Assembly (NCBI GenBank): GCA_036260945.1
Contig: DATALT010000002.1
Location: forward strand, 722,638-786,637
Source of the DNA: Candidatus Babeliales bacterium
GTDB taxonomy: Bacteria > Babelota > Babeliae > Babelales > JACPOV01
Reading direction: 5' to 3'
DNA: 64,000 nt
The notes beneath the pieces were generated by a model. The model ran no database searches and was not told where the DNA came from. It saw only the letters and a program-made list of their open reading frames with translations. Position 1 is the stretch's first letter, and every line of letters starts with the position of its first letter. Shown here one piece after another: positions 9,220 to 18,315 of this stretch. Position numbers and translations under genes: made by a program.

Positions 9220-10463
9220 TACGTTTTGTACACACCGCTGATATTCATTTTGGCGTCGAAAATTATGGCAAGATTGATCCAGCAACAGGGATTCATACTC
9301 GGTTGCTGGATTTTGAACGAGCGCTCGATTTTTGCATCGAGTACGCAATTAAAGAACAAGTCGATTTCTTTTTATTTTCGGGCGACGCGTATAAAACAAC
9401 GAATCCAAGCCCAACGCAGCAACGCCTTTTGCTTAAATGTTTTTTGAAACTGCACAAAGCACAAATTCCACTCGTTATGGTGGTCGGTAATCATGATAAT
9501 CCACTCAGCTTTGGAAAAGCGCACACGCTTGATCTCTTTAATGATTTGCCACTAAGCGGTTTTCATGTAATGGCAAAGCCGCATGCGTTTGTGTTACAAA
9601 CAAAAAGTGGGCCGGTAAATATTGTCGGGCTCCCGTGGCCGAATCGTACAACGATCGCCACATCGCAAAATCATATGTTCAAATCTGCGGGAGAATTAAC
9701 CGATTATATTTCTCAATCAACGGTCGCAATTTTGCAGCATTTAATTACCCAACTTGATCCACAATTGCCTTCAGTTCTTGCTGGGCATTTAACCGTAAGC
9801 TCAGGAATTTTTTCTGGTTCTGAAAAACGAGCGGTATACGGAAATGATCCACTTTTTTTACCATCACAATTAGCAATTGCGCCGTTTGACTATGTCGGCC
9901 TTGGCCATTTGCATCGTTTTCAAGATTTAAATGCGCACGCGCACCCGCCAGTAGTTTATTCAGGATCGCCAGAACGAATAGATTTTGGGGAACGAAAGGA
10001 AGAAAAAGGTTTTTGCGATGTACGGATTTCCCAAAAAGGGAAAACATCGTACGAATTTATCAAAACGCCCGCACGCCCTTTTATTCAAATCGAAGTTCAT
10101 TTACAAGCAGATTGCGATCACACACAACAAATTCTTGATGCACTCAAAGAGCACGATATCGCCCAAGCAATTCTGAAAATTATTTATCACGTCGCTCCAA
10201 CAATAAAAGATACGGTCGACTTATCTAAAATTGAACGCGCATGCGCTTCAGCACTGCATGTCGTAGGCATTATTCCGGTGCACCAACCAAAAAATCGTGA
10301 AAAAAGATCCAATTTAAAAGTTGATATGGATCTAGAAACTATTTTGGATCTCTATTTTTCCGGCAAGCCAGAACTAGCAGCGCAAAAAGAAAATCTTATT
10401 GCTAAAGCGCTTGCACTCAAAGATGAACTGGCTCTAAACGAAATAACGAGTGGGAATGACTGA
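9216..10463 (+). CDS. sbcD: SbcD/Mre11-family metallophosphoesterase nuclease (no adjacent SbcC)
   Basis: Calcineurin-like motifs DIHFG, GDAYK, GNHD, GHLH. Its ATG overlaps the glmU stop (ATGA). Confidence 0.8.
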   Translation: MIRFVHTADIHFGVENYGKIDPATGIHTRLLDFERALDFCIEYAIKEQVDFFLFSGDAYKTTNPSPTQQRLLLKCFLKLHKAQIPLVMVVGNHDNPLSFGKAHTLDLFNDLPLSGFHVMAKPHAFVLQTKSGPVNIVGLPWPNRTTIATSQNHMFKSAGELTDYISQSTVAILQHLITQLDPQLPSVLAGHLTVSSGIFSGSEKRAVYGNDPLFLPSQLAIAPFDYVGLGHLHRFQDLNAHAHPPVVYSGSPERIDFGERKEEKGFCDVRISQKGKTSYEFIKTPARPFIQIEVHLQADCDHTQQILDALKEHDIAQAILKIIYHVAPTIKDTVDLSKIERACASALHVVGIIPVHQPKNREKRSNLKVDMDLETILDLYFSGKPELAAQKENLIAKALALKDELALNEITSGND

Positions 10464-10488
10464 AAAAAATAGAGTTTCAGATCCTATT

Positions 10489-11673
10489 TTATGCACTTGT
10501 TGTTGCATCGTGAGAATAATAAACGATCGATGCAGAATCAAAAAGCTGATCTTTATATTTCTTAAATAGATCGACCGATTTCTCTTGGCGCAATTCTGCA
10601 ACAATATGCTTATAGCGTTTTTTGAGAGAAACTAAGCGCTGCGGTTTTTTTGCCGATACCTTAAAGAGTTCAAAGCCGCCATTCGTTTCTAGTGGTTCAG
10701 AAATCTTATTTACATCCAGCGATAATAGAAAGCGCATATGCTCCGCCATTTCGCTCTCTTTGAGCCAAAACTCATCTTCCCAAGATGTAATAAATGAAGT
10801 ATCGCCCGCGGCAATTTTATTTACCAACTCATCTTTAGAACTAACTTGAGAAAAAGAAACAAATGCTCTTGAAATTTTTACTCGAGGTTCATTATAAATT
10901 GGATGCTCTTTGTAATAGGCTTCTATCTCATTTTCAGGTACCACAACGCCTTGCATTTTCATTTCGCTCATATAATTGACCGCGTACATTTTTTTCAGCT
11001 CTTTAATACCTTCTTGCAGCGTATAGCCAGATTGCGCAAGAATTTTTTCTAAATCGCTCATGCTCCAATTATTTTGTCTGCAGAGGCCATCAATATAATT
11101 GTTGACGATTGAGTTATCGTTCGGGTCCATTTTTTGGCGCTCAATAAGCTGCATCCAATTTTGATAAACCAACTCATTAAACGCAAACATCTCTAGTTTT
11201 TCAGCATCAGTGCGAGCAGCCATTGGCGCTAAACCTGGCCGGTATTTGTCGGTCTCGCAAAAAATTTGGCATCTCTCTGGGCCGTTAACTGCGCAGGCAA
11301 CCCCATCCAGATAAACTCTGCCCGCTTTCATGGGTTTTGGGGGCGCAACGACGAGCATTTTCTTATCCGCTAGCGGATCGTCGGTCTTTTTTATCTCTTG
11401 AGAATGGGTCAGTTGTTTGCTGGCTTTAGAGCCTTTTTGTGCCTTAGATGAATCATCACTTTTTTTTGCAGCAAGCGTTGCCGCTGCAGGTTTTTTTTGC
11501 GCTGATTTGTTGGTTACGCTCGTTGCTTTTTTAGGCGCAGTTGCCGGTAAAGCGTTCTTAGTAACCGTTGCCTGCTTTTTAGGGGAGGTAGAAGGCTTGC
11601 AAAACCCTCCAGAGCTAAAACCGGCTAGCAAAACGATTAAGAGGAGAAAATTACGCATATTCATTCGAGTCAT
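10489..11673 (-). CDS. Exported SurA/PrsA-like chaperone with degenerate parvulin domain and Lys/Ala/Ser/Thr-rich N-terminal tail
   Basis: Signal peptide MTRMNMRNFLLLIVLLAGFSSGG. A ~70-aa low-complexity segment (KKQATVTKNALPATAPKKATSV...). C-terminal parvulin-like pattern (ISEPLETNGGFELFKV). PPIase activity not assured. Confidence 0.5.
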   Translation of the reverse strand: MTRMNMRNFLLLIVLLAGFSSGGFCKPSTSPKKQATVTKNALPATAPKKATSVTNKSAQKKPAAATLAAKKSDDSSKAQKGSKASKQLTHSQEIKKTDDPLADKKMLVVAPPKPMKAGRVYLDGVACAVNGPERCQIFCETDKYRPGLAPMAARTDAEKLEMFAFNELVYQNWMQLIERQKMDPNDNSIVNNYIDGLCRQNNWSMSDLEKILAQSGYTLQEGIKELKKMYAVNYMSEMKMQGVVVPENEIEAYYKEHPIYNEPRVKISRAFVSFSQVSSKDELVNKIAAGDTSFITSWEDEFWLKESEMAEHMRFLLSLDVNKISEPLETNGGFELFKVSAKKPQRLVSLKKRYKHIVAELRQEKSVDLFKKYKDQLFDSASIVYYSHDATTSA

Positions 11674-11842
11674 CCTTTAAAGTAGTTTCCCAGCCTTGCC
11701 TTTTTTACCAGAGATCTCATTTTTTATTCGGGGTCCCCAAACAAACTCTTAAGTTTTTTGGGGTCAAAATAAGAAGGGGCACCGATATAATGCCCCTTCT
11801 GGTTATTAGCTTAAAATGTTTCACGCTAATGCGCAACTGGCC

Positions 11843-12898
11843 TTATGCACCCTTTATGGCTGATGGCGCTTGGGAAATGCTGTCCCCTTGCTCTTCATCG
11901 CCCTGATTCATGCTTTGCTTTTGGCCACCCTTTTCCATCATATTGTTCATTTCTTCTTCTTTAAGCTTCTTTTTTCGCTCAAAATAGTCTTTGTTTTCAA
12001 CGATCTTGAACTCATTGCGGAGGCTTTCGAGCTCTTTATTGAACAATTCGCCCATTTTTTGCTGCTGCAAGAACGCCTCTATGCGGGGCTTAATTTGATC
12101 GAACGGCACATATTGTGCATCTTTTTTAGCGGTTGCTTTAATAACCCACGTTTTGTCTTTACCTGAAGCCATTTCAATAGCAGGGAATTTCTTCATGCCA
12201 TTTATTTTTTCGCGAACCACTGGATCAACATCAAAACTCATTTCATTAATTTCTTGGAACGATTTAACGTTGCCTTTTGCTTCTCGTGCTGCTTGTTCAA
12301 AATCAGCTTTGCCTTCTTTCACTTTTGCCAAGAATGCTTGAGCATCTGATGGTTTATCAAATGTTGCAATTTGCGCTGCAACGCCGCCGCGATTCATCAT
12401 GAGCTCAGGAATGGTTTTCTTGTTTTCATCATAATACTTGCGCACTTCCGCTTCACTCACATTTACTGGGTGAGCTTCTTGGAAATATTTTACCGCCAAT
12501 TGACGCTTGCCGAAATCAACGATCATTTGAAGATCTTTTTTGTATGCGTCTTTTTGGTCTATGCCACTTTTTGCAAGCCAAGCTTGAAGCATTTCTTCAT
12601 TTGCCATGCTCTTGAAAAGTTCCATTTCAGCATCTGGCATCAGCGCAATAAGCTGCTTTAATTGCGGTTGCGCTTCAAGAACAGTGCTTACATAATTTTC
12701 AAAACGATCAACTGTAATGCGCGGTTTGCCATCGATAGAAAGTAAAACTTCTCCACTTCCCGCTGGCATTTGATCCACAGCGGCAGATGATTCGCTTCTT
12801 TCTTCATTCTTGCTGCCAAAAAAATCACATTGAGGCAAAACTACTAAAATTGATAAAACAAACACTCCTTGGAGTGATCTATAAAGATGCATCTTCAC
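11843..12898 (-). CDS. Exported PpiC/PrsA-like (parvulin-domain) chaperone, possible lipoprotein
   Basis: The longest ORF reaches 12976, but GTG 12898 / ATG 12892 follows AAAGGA and gives (M)KMHLYRSLQGVFVLSILVVLPQC (lipobox-like). SurA-N-like helical region, then a parvulin-like segment (DAQAFLAKVKEGKADFEQAA...WVIKATAK). Confidence 0.55.
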   Translation of the reverse strand: MKMHLYRSLQGVFVLSILVVLPQCDFFGSKNEERSESSAAVDQMPAGSGEVLLSIDGKPRITVDRFENYVSTVLEAQPQLKQLIALMPDAEMELFKSMANEEMLQAWLAKSGIDQKDAYKKDLQMIVDFGKRQLAVKYFQEAHPVNVSEAEVRKYYDENKKTIPELMMNRGGVAAQIATFDKPSDAQAFLAKVKEGKADFEQAAREAKGNVKSFQEINEMSFDVDPVVREKINGMKKFPAIEMASGKDKTWVIKATAKKDAQYVPFDQIKPRIEAFLQQQKMGELFNKELESLRNEFKIVENKDYFERKKKLKEEEMNNMMEKGGQKQSMNQGDEEQGDSISQAPSAIKGA

Positions 12899-12972
12899 GA
12901 GATCCTTTCTTTGATACATATAATTATTTTTTTCTGGTGGTAGCGTACCATAGAACGAAAATCGTTGCAAAA

Positions 12973-13635
12973 TCATATAACGCGTGCAGCAACAGCTCCG
13001 TAAAGCGCTTCGGGTTTACACCCGTATAAAATAGTGCGCGCAACTGCGTGTAATGTGGCTCCAGTTGTCAGCAAATCATCAATAAGCAAAAGAGTTGCGC
13101 CATCATACTTTTTTAAATCTCCGATTGGAGCAAACGCATCGCAAATAATTTCGGAGCGTTCGTGAATTTTTCTGGATGATAAATAAGGAGTCGATGTTTT
13201 TCGTTTTATGATCTGCGCAATCGGCTTTCCAGAAATTTTATTTATTGTTTGCGCAATCACCTCTGCTTGATTATATCCGCGCCATGCATAACGCCGCCAG
13301 TGCAAAGGCACTGGAACAATATAATCAAAATCTAAAACAGAAATTGCAGTGCGTTGCCAAATTAACTCTCCCAATTGAACACTGGCAACGCGGGAAGACC
13401 AACTTTTTCCAAGAATAAGCGATTTGAGTGGCTCTTCATAAACACCGGCCGCAAAAACTGGCATCTGAAAAGATTTAGTGACTTCAATAGTTTTTGAAAC
13501 AACGGGCTTTACTTGAGCTGCACATTGCGCGCACCACCATGCTTTTTCAAAAAGAATAATGCCACAATAGGTACAAAATGATGGTGCAATGAGGTGGCGC
13601 ACATTATTAATAAGTAAATGTTTAATTATTCCCAT
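12973..13635 (-). CDS. comF: ComF-family phosphoribosyltransferase-domain protein
   Basis: N-terminal Cys pairs (CTYC...CAQC) and the PRTase motif LLLIDDLLTTGATL. Confidence 0.85.
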   Translation of the reverse strand: MGIIKHLLINNVRHLIAPSFCTYCGIILFEKAWWCAQCAAQVKPVVSKTIEVTKSFQMPVFAAGVYEEPLKSLILGKSWSSRVASVQLGELIWQRTAISVLDFDYIVPVPLHWRRYAWRGYNQAEVIAQTINKISGKPIAQIIKRKTSTPYLSSRKIHERSEIICDAFAPIGDLKKYDGATLLLIDDLLTTGATLHAVARTILYGCKPEALYGAVAARVI

Positions 13636-14834
13636 TGATGAAAATATTTCTCAACTTGTTCACTGCGATTTTGTTCGTAGCACCATCTATCCCACATAAA
13701 TTCATAACCAACTATATATTTTAAATATTGGTCTTCAGAATAACGTCCATGAACTTTATTATTTTTTAATCGATGCATTGTCTGATGCAATTGTCGAATC
13801 ACTTTGACAGCGTAGTAGCGATCAATAGAATCGGGATGTGTGCTTGGTGGCTTGCCATACAACTCTTCCATCATAACCAACAACTCTCCATTGTTCTCAT
13901 GAAATGCATGGCCTGCTAAAAAGTTTTCAATCAGCAAGGCATGATCTAGTCTTTGAGCTGCAGGTCGCTGGTCCGCACGATATTCAGCGAATAGACAGAG
14001 ATCAGAAAATTCAATTTTTTTTTCACCAACCGTAATCAAGTGCGAAAAAATTATCCTGTATGCATGATCTCGCTTTTTCCCATGGCCAGCAATCTCATGA
14101 AGTAATGTTGCTTTTTGCTGATCACGAGTGAGCCAAAAAAACTTTCTTCCTAATAATAAGACTTGGTCACGCGGCTGTTTTACTATTGAAATGGAGGATG
14201 TCTTAGTACGCCGCTTTGTGAGTTTAATAGCTTCTCCCATTGCAGCGATGCGGGCATTATTTTTTCTGTCGTAAGTAACTTTTAAAGACCCTTTTAGCTG
14301 TTCCTGCTCGCAAATCTCTTCGATCATTTTAGTGATCGCTAAAGAATTATCTCGCCTAAGAAAATCCCTATCCGGGTAAATTGAAATTTTTTGCTGCGAT
14401 AATTTTTTTTGATAATTTTCCAATTTTGTTAATTCTTTTTCTACGTTCTCTACCGATTGATCAGATATGCCCAAATCTTTTTTTGTTATTTCAAGTGCAC
14501 GTTTTCCCTGTTCCTTCAACACTTCTTTTACAAACGTTTTTACGGTCAGGCCATTTTTTTGCAATTCTTGCACAAACTCATCCATCGGATGTTTTTCACA
14601 ATTGCCGCGCAAATAACAACTACGCTGTTCTTGATATTTTTCATCTTTAATAAGATCGTAAATCGTTTCAAACTGCTTATTATGAATTGTTTTTTCGATA
14701 AATTTACAGCGCGCATTTTCTGGTGAATTCATTCCAAAAAAATTTTGGACATTTACCCAGTAGCTTTGCTCTACTTTGCAAAAAATATTTTGCGAAATTG
14801 TGAAAAGAAAAAATAATCCGAATATAAAACGCAT
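13626..14834 (-). CDS. Secreted hypothetical protein with HExxGH...ExRAD putative zinc-peptidase signature
   Basis: Signal peptide MRFIFGLFFLFTISQNIFC. H246-EIAG-H251 (nt 14099-14082) and A-E284-YRAD288 (to nt 13971) lie 31 residues apart. Overlaps comF by 10 nt, so it is co-operonic. Confidence 0.6.
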   Translation of the reverse strand: MRFIFGLFFLFTISQNIFCKVEQSYWVNVQNFFGMNSPENARCKFIEKTIHNKQFETIYDLIKDEKYQEQRSCYLRGNCEKHPMDEFVQELQKNGLTVKTFVKEVLKEQGKRALEITKKDLGISDQSVENVEKELTKLENYQKKLSQQKISIYPDRDFLRRDNSLAITKMIEEICEQEQLKGSLKVTYDRKNNARIAAMGEAIKLTKRRTKTSSISIVKQPRDQVLLLGRKFFWLTRDQQKATLLHEIAGHGKKRDHAYRIIFSHLITVGEKKIEFSDLCLFAEYRADQRPAAQRLDHALLIENFLAGHAFHENNGELLVMMEELYGKPPSTHPDSIDRYYAVKVIRQLHQTMHRLKNNKVHGRYSEDQYLKYIVGYEFMWDRWCYEQNRSEQVEKYFHQWE

Positions 14835-14868
14835 TTGTCCACCCTAAAAAAATAAAATCCTACATTCC

Positions 14869-15300
14869 CTAAAAAAGAAGACGCAGCACTATATTTGCAA
14901 CAACGCCCGCTACGATATCATCAAGCATAATTCCCCAAACGCCAGGAAGACGTTCTGTGCGGCCGATAAACGATGGTTTACAGATATCAAGAATGCGAAA
15001 AAGAATAAATCCTGCACATAACGTGGTTGAGGTTAACGCAATACCATAAAAAGTTACCAAGCAACCAACAACTTCGTCGATCACAATTTCGTGCGGATCT
15101 TTTTTATCAAAAAAAGGCAAACTTGCGCGCACCAATGCAAAACCAATGCCAATTGTTGCTGCAAGAATAATGAGATAATCCAACGAAAACCGCGAAATAA
15201 GAATTACCAACGGCAATGTTACGAGCGTCGCCATCGTACCCGGCGCCGGTGCATACCCAATTTTTGAAAGTGTTACTGCACGTTGCGCAAAGCTACTCAT
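14869..15300 (-). CDS. pgpA: Phosphatidylglycerophosphatase A
   Basis: APAPGTMATL and IDEVVG motifs. ATG 15300 overlaps the lspA stop (ATGA). The longer ORF to 15390 would run inside lspA and is rejected. Confidence 0.85.
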   Translation of the reverse strand: MSSFAQRAVTLSKIGYAPAPGTMATLVTLPLVILISRFSLDYLIILAATIGIGFALVRASLPFFDKKDPHEIVIDEVVGCLVTFYGIALTSTTLCAGFILFRILDICKPSFIGRTERLPGVWGIMLDDIVAGVVANIVLRLLF

Positions 15301-15761
15301 TTTGATTTTCCCCCAAACGATTCTATAATCATCAATCCCGCACCTATAACTATTGCTGCATCGGCCACATTGAAAACCGGCCAAGACCACTGCCCAAAAG
15401 AAACCAGAATAAAATCAACAACCCCGCTATACATAATTCTATCAATAAAATTAGAAAGGCCGCCCGCAATAATAAGCATTTCGCCAACAATGCTAAATCC
15501 TCTTGCCGCACGTTGCCATGCATAACAAATAAGCATCATGCAAAACGCACCAATTACAAACGTAATTATCCAATAAGCATATTCGGGCGCTGAATTAAAA
15601 AATCCCCAAGAAATTCCACGATTCATCGTTTTAGTCAATTCAAGAAACGATGTGATACGATAACTTGATGAAAGAAACGTAAGAACGCACCATTTACTCA
15701 CGCGATCTAGAATAATTATTCCAAAAAATAATGCGGCATAAAAGAGTGATCTATTTTTCAT
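15297..15761 (-). CDS. lspA: Lipoprotein signal peptidase (SPase II)
   Basis: 154 aa, 4 TM. NRGISWGF and FNVADAAI catalytic-Asp motifs. Confidence 0.9.
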   Translation of the reverse strand: MKNRSLFYAALFFGIIILDRVSKWCVLTFLSSSYRITSFLELTKTMNRGISWGFFNSAPEYAYWIITFVIGAFCMMLICYAWQRAARGFSIVGEMLIIAGGLSNFIDRIMYSGVVDFILVSFGQWSWPVFNVADAAIVIGAGLMIIESFGGKSK

Positions 15762-18073
15762 CGAATCACCGCGCCGGTATTTTTTAATTTCATGAGAACG
15801 TGATCGTACAAATGATCAATTTCTTGCTGAGATAATGTTTTTTCTGCATCGCGCGCAAAGAAACGAACCGTAACCGATCGCTGATCTTGCCATTCATCTT
15901 TTTCATAGAAATCTACAAGTTCGACTTTATAAATTCTGCCATCCGCATCTAAAATAGTTTTCTTGATTTGTTCAACCGTAATCGTACGCGCAATCATCAT
16001 GCTAATATCAAACCAAGTTGAAGGATATTTTGCTAACGGAGTAAAACGTTGCGCATCAACCGCTGCATTTTTAGTCAGTTCTTGTACATCAAGCTCAAAA
16101 ATAAATGCATTTCCTTCGACAACGCTCCCAAGAAATGCGCTGTTTGCCATTCCTGCATACCCAAGAGATGCGCCATTTACTTGAATGCGCGCAGTTTGAT
16201 GCGGATGCATCCAGGGCTCGATAGTAGTCGCTTGTTTCCATTCAGCTGCTATATTCAGCATAGAAAAAAGCTTACTCAATTGATTCTTAAGAACATAAAA
16301 ATCAAGCGCAGCTTTGGCAAAAATAATTCCGGCTAGATTCTTTTTTTCAATAACCTGTGTGCCCTTTTTATCCCAAACATTATTATATTCAAAAAAACGA
16401 AGCTCACGCTCAGTTTTATTCTGAACCACATTTTTTATTAAATGCGGCACAAGGCTTGTTACCATCGCTTGCCAGTTTTCTGAAACAGGATTTTGAATAG
16501 TAACCGTTTGCGCAGGTTGCCATTTTAATTGACGCAAAAACTCTTCATCAAAAATTGCATAATTCGTTACTTCGTGCGCTGAAAGTGAATAGGCACAGAA
16601 ATTTTTTAGATTCCGTTCTTGAAACGTAGCTGAAAGCGATGATGGTTTGAGTTTTAGAGCTGGCATTTCGAGCGGAATAGTATTGTATCCAAAAAAGCGC
16701 CCAATTTCTTCAACGATGTCTTCTTTTACAAACGTTTCTTTCGATGAACGAAAAGTAGGAATGCTTAAATGATAAACATTTTTCTCCCTCTTAACGCCAA
16801 AATCAAGCGCTTTTAAAATTTTTCCAATCTCAGCTGCTGGAACTGGTGCACCTAAACGAGAAGTAATAAAATCGTGCGAGATTTTTAACTCTTCTTGCCC
16901 AACTGCATGCCCCAAGAGTACAAGAGAACCCGCAAGTTCAAATTCAATTTTATTTTCACTCAAAAGAGTTAAAAATCTCCCGAGTGCTTTAATCACGTTA
17001 TTAGGATCTAAGCTTTTTTCAAACCGAGATGATGCTTCGGTACGTTTTTTTACACGCAATGCCGTTTTGCGAACTCTTCCCGCATCAAAACATCCCGCTT
17101 CGATAAAAATGGATTTCGTTGTTGCACTTACCGCTGACGATGCCCCGCCCATAACGCCAGCAAGTCCTAAAGATTTTGCACCGTCGCTAATAACCAGATC
17201 TTCAGGATCGACCGTTATTGTTTGGCGATCAAGAAGTTCAAGCGTTTGTTCGCGGTTCGCGCATCCAGCTTCAATTTTTTTCACATCTATTTTTGCTGCA
17301 TCAAACGCATGCATCGGTTGACCAATATCAAACATAACGTAGTTAGTAGTATCCACAATTGCGTCGATAGGTTTGCTATCGACACGTGCCAAACGATGCG
17401 CCATCGAAATTAATGATGGGCAATAGGAGATCGATGAAATATAGCCACCGCCAAGTTGTTTAACCAACTCAGGATTTTTTATCTTCAGAGAAAATGGACG
17501 TTCTTTGCTTGAAGACGAAATCGACTCGTGCCGTTCGATCGGAAACTTTTTGATTATTTCTTTTTCTGAACGCATTTTAATTTTTAAGATTGCGCTTATT
17601 TCGCGCGCGATGCCGCGATGGCCCCATAAATCAGGCCGATGCGTCACCGATTTATTATCAAGATGCAAAATATAATCTTCGCTTTCAAAAGAATCTTTCC
17701 AAGATCCCTCAAGCTCTTTTTCGGTCGCGCTCAATGCGCCAATGAGCCCTTCTTTAGCCGCATGCCAATCGGCAAGCGTGGCCCAACGAACATCTTTATT
17801 GTTGTGAAAGACGAGAAACACAGCGCCCGCTACTGCATCAGTGCGAGAAGGCAGTGTAAACTCTTTATCAAGCTCCGCGCTGAAGAGAATAACTTTTTCT
17901 TTATCAATCTTTAAAACGGTGCCCAACGTGAAATGGTCCGTATTAAGCGTAATATGCTCAACCTGCTCAATCTCAGCGGTCGTCGTATTAAAACGGCGCA
18001 CCAACTCCTGGATATCATAATCTGCCCATGATCCCTTCAAATGATCAAAAATCCAAGAGAGCGATAATTTCAT
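15758..18073 (-). CDS. pheT: Phenylalanine--tRNA ligase beta subunit
   Basis: 771 aa. B3/4 and B5 regions and C-terminal FDX-ACB-like domain (RSVTVRFFA). No pheS adjacent. 4-nt overlap with lspA. Confidence 0.93.
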   Translation of the reverse strand: MKLSLSWIFDHLKGSWADYDIQELVRRFNTTTAEIEQVEHITLNTDHFTLGTVLKIDKEKVILFSAELDKEFTLPSRTDAVAGAVFLVFHNNKDVRWATLADWHAAKEGLIGALSATEKELEGSWKDSFESEDYILHLDNKSVTHRPDLWGHRGIAREISAILKIKMRSEKEIIKKFPIERHESISSSSKERPFSLKIKNPELVKQLGGGYISSISYCPSLISMAHRLARVDSKPIDAIVDTTNYVMFDIGQPMHAFDAAKIDVKKIEAGCANREQTLELLDRQTITVDPEDLVISDGAKSLGLAGVMGGASSAVSATTKSIFIEAGCFDAGRVRKTALRVKKRTEASSRFEKSLDPNNVIKALGRFLTLLSENKIEFELAGSLVLLGHAVGQEELKISHDFITSRLGAPVPAAEIGKILKALDFGVKREKNVYHLSIPTFRSSKETFVKEDIVEEIGRFFGYNTIPLEMPALKLKPSSLSATFQERNLKNFCAYSLSAHEVTNYAIFDEEFLRQLKWQPAQTVTIQNPVSENWQAMVTSLVPHLIKNVVQNKTERELRFFEYNNVWDKKGTQVIEKKNLAGIIFAKAALDFYVLKNQLSKLFSMLNIAAEWKQATTIEPWMHPHQTARIQVNGASLGYAGMANSAFLGSVVEGNAFIFELDVQELTKNAAVDAQRFTPLAKYPSTWFDISMMIARTITVEQIKKTILDADGRIYKVELVDFYEKDEWQDQRSVTVRFFARDAEKTLSQQEIDHLYDHVLMKLKNTGAVIR

Positions 18074-18315
18074 AACAATACCCTTATTTTTCTATCGGAG
18101 GCTGTTGGAGGCTATTACCCTGAGAACACTCGTCCACAATTTGCATTACAAATACTGAAAAAATCAGATTTTTGGCTCAAAATGTATGAATTTTAGAGTA
18201 CGCCAAATTGCAAAAATGATCAATCGGAGCAAATTCTAATTGCTTGTGGCGATTCATTACTTTTTCTATATACTCAATTAAGTATGTTTTCCTCACATTA
18301 CCCCATAACTATATT

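Noticed and set aside
9216-10463. SbcD-like nuclease as part of a defence system
   Set aside because: No ATPase, methyltransferase, helicase or other defence-associated partner is nearby. It is embedded in a housekeeping operon with glmU.
18098-18118. Direct repeat GGAGGCT-GTT-GGAGGCT in the pheT/ABC divergent region
   Set aside because: It is SD-like on the plus strand, but no start codon follows at an appropriate distance. On the minus strand it is not SD-like. Likely chance.
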